DNA of 64,000 nucleotides from Malacoraja senta (Eukaryota), in assembly GCA_038087875.1 (NCBI GenBank), contig CM075989.1, positions 6,510,001-6,574,000 of the forward strand, read 5' to 3'. Below, piece after piece: positions 63,591 to 64,000 of this stretch; the stretch's first letter is position 1; every line of letters starts with the position of its first letter. The position numbers and the translations under genes are program-made. Under the pieces are notes generated by a model, which was not told the DNA's origin, made no database searches, and saw only the letters and a program-made list of their open reading frames with translations.

Positions 63591-63905
63591 TGGGCGGCAC
63601 GGTGGTGCAGCAGTAGAGTTGCTGCCTTACAGCACCAGAGACCTGTGTCCCACCCTGTCCATGGGTGTTGTCTGTATGGAGTTTTTACATTCTCCCTGTG
63701 ACCTGTATGGGTTTTCTCTGGTAGCCCCGGTTTCCTCCCGCACTCCAAAGACATCAGATTTATTGGTAAATTGTCTTCAGTATAATTGTAAATTATCCCT
63801 CGTGTGTAGGATAGTGTTCGAGTGCGCTGATCGGCAAGGTATTGCTGATCGGCATGGACTCACTGGGCCGAAGGGCCTGTTTCTGCACTGTATCTCTAAA
63901 CTAAA
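63591..63905 (+). mobile_element. HE1/V-SINE-type SINE (full length)
   Basis: gggcggcacggtggtgcagcagtagag head to ctaaactaaa tail. Confidence 0.85.
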
Positions 63906-64000
63906 TTATTGAATGCTTTGTTCTGTTGCTTTTTTTTAATGGAATTTGGCTAGATACTCAAATTCTAGATAATACAATTTCCCATGATATAAAATAATCA

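Overview
Vertebrate genomic DNA. The repeat content (HE1/V-SINE-type SINEs, HER1/CR1, Rex1 and L2 LINEs, Penelope-derived units) points to a cartilaginous fish, probably a skate or ray. The window holds two head-to-head genes. CTC1 (CST telomere-maintenance complex subunit) is on the minus strand: 18 coding exons from the ATG at 44002 down to 424, all GT-AG and phase-consistent (3428 nt), continuing off the left edge. A FAM174B-like type I membrane protein gene is on the plus strand, with coding exons at 47653-47954 and 54555-54689; its last exon is not resolved. The 3.7 kb between the start codons holds a CpG-rich MITE, a Rex1 LINE fragment and an array of 11 CCAAT boxes interleaved with GC boxes. 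Less obvious items: (1) a heavily decayed retrovirus/LTR-type pol (RT-RNase H-integrase motifs in order) filling CTC1 intron 13, which the ORF track does not reveal; (2) a dozen or more dispersed Penelope-derived units carrying a minimal hammerhead-ribozyme motif, often as inverted pairs; (3) a Tc1 transposon with IR-DR ends whose transposase frame carries an in-frame 177-nt insertion; (4) an expanded CTC1 exon 13 with polyQ and a basic cluster. All homology calls are by eye, from remembered family motifs; no searches were run.
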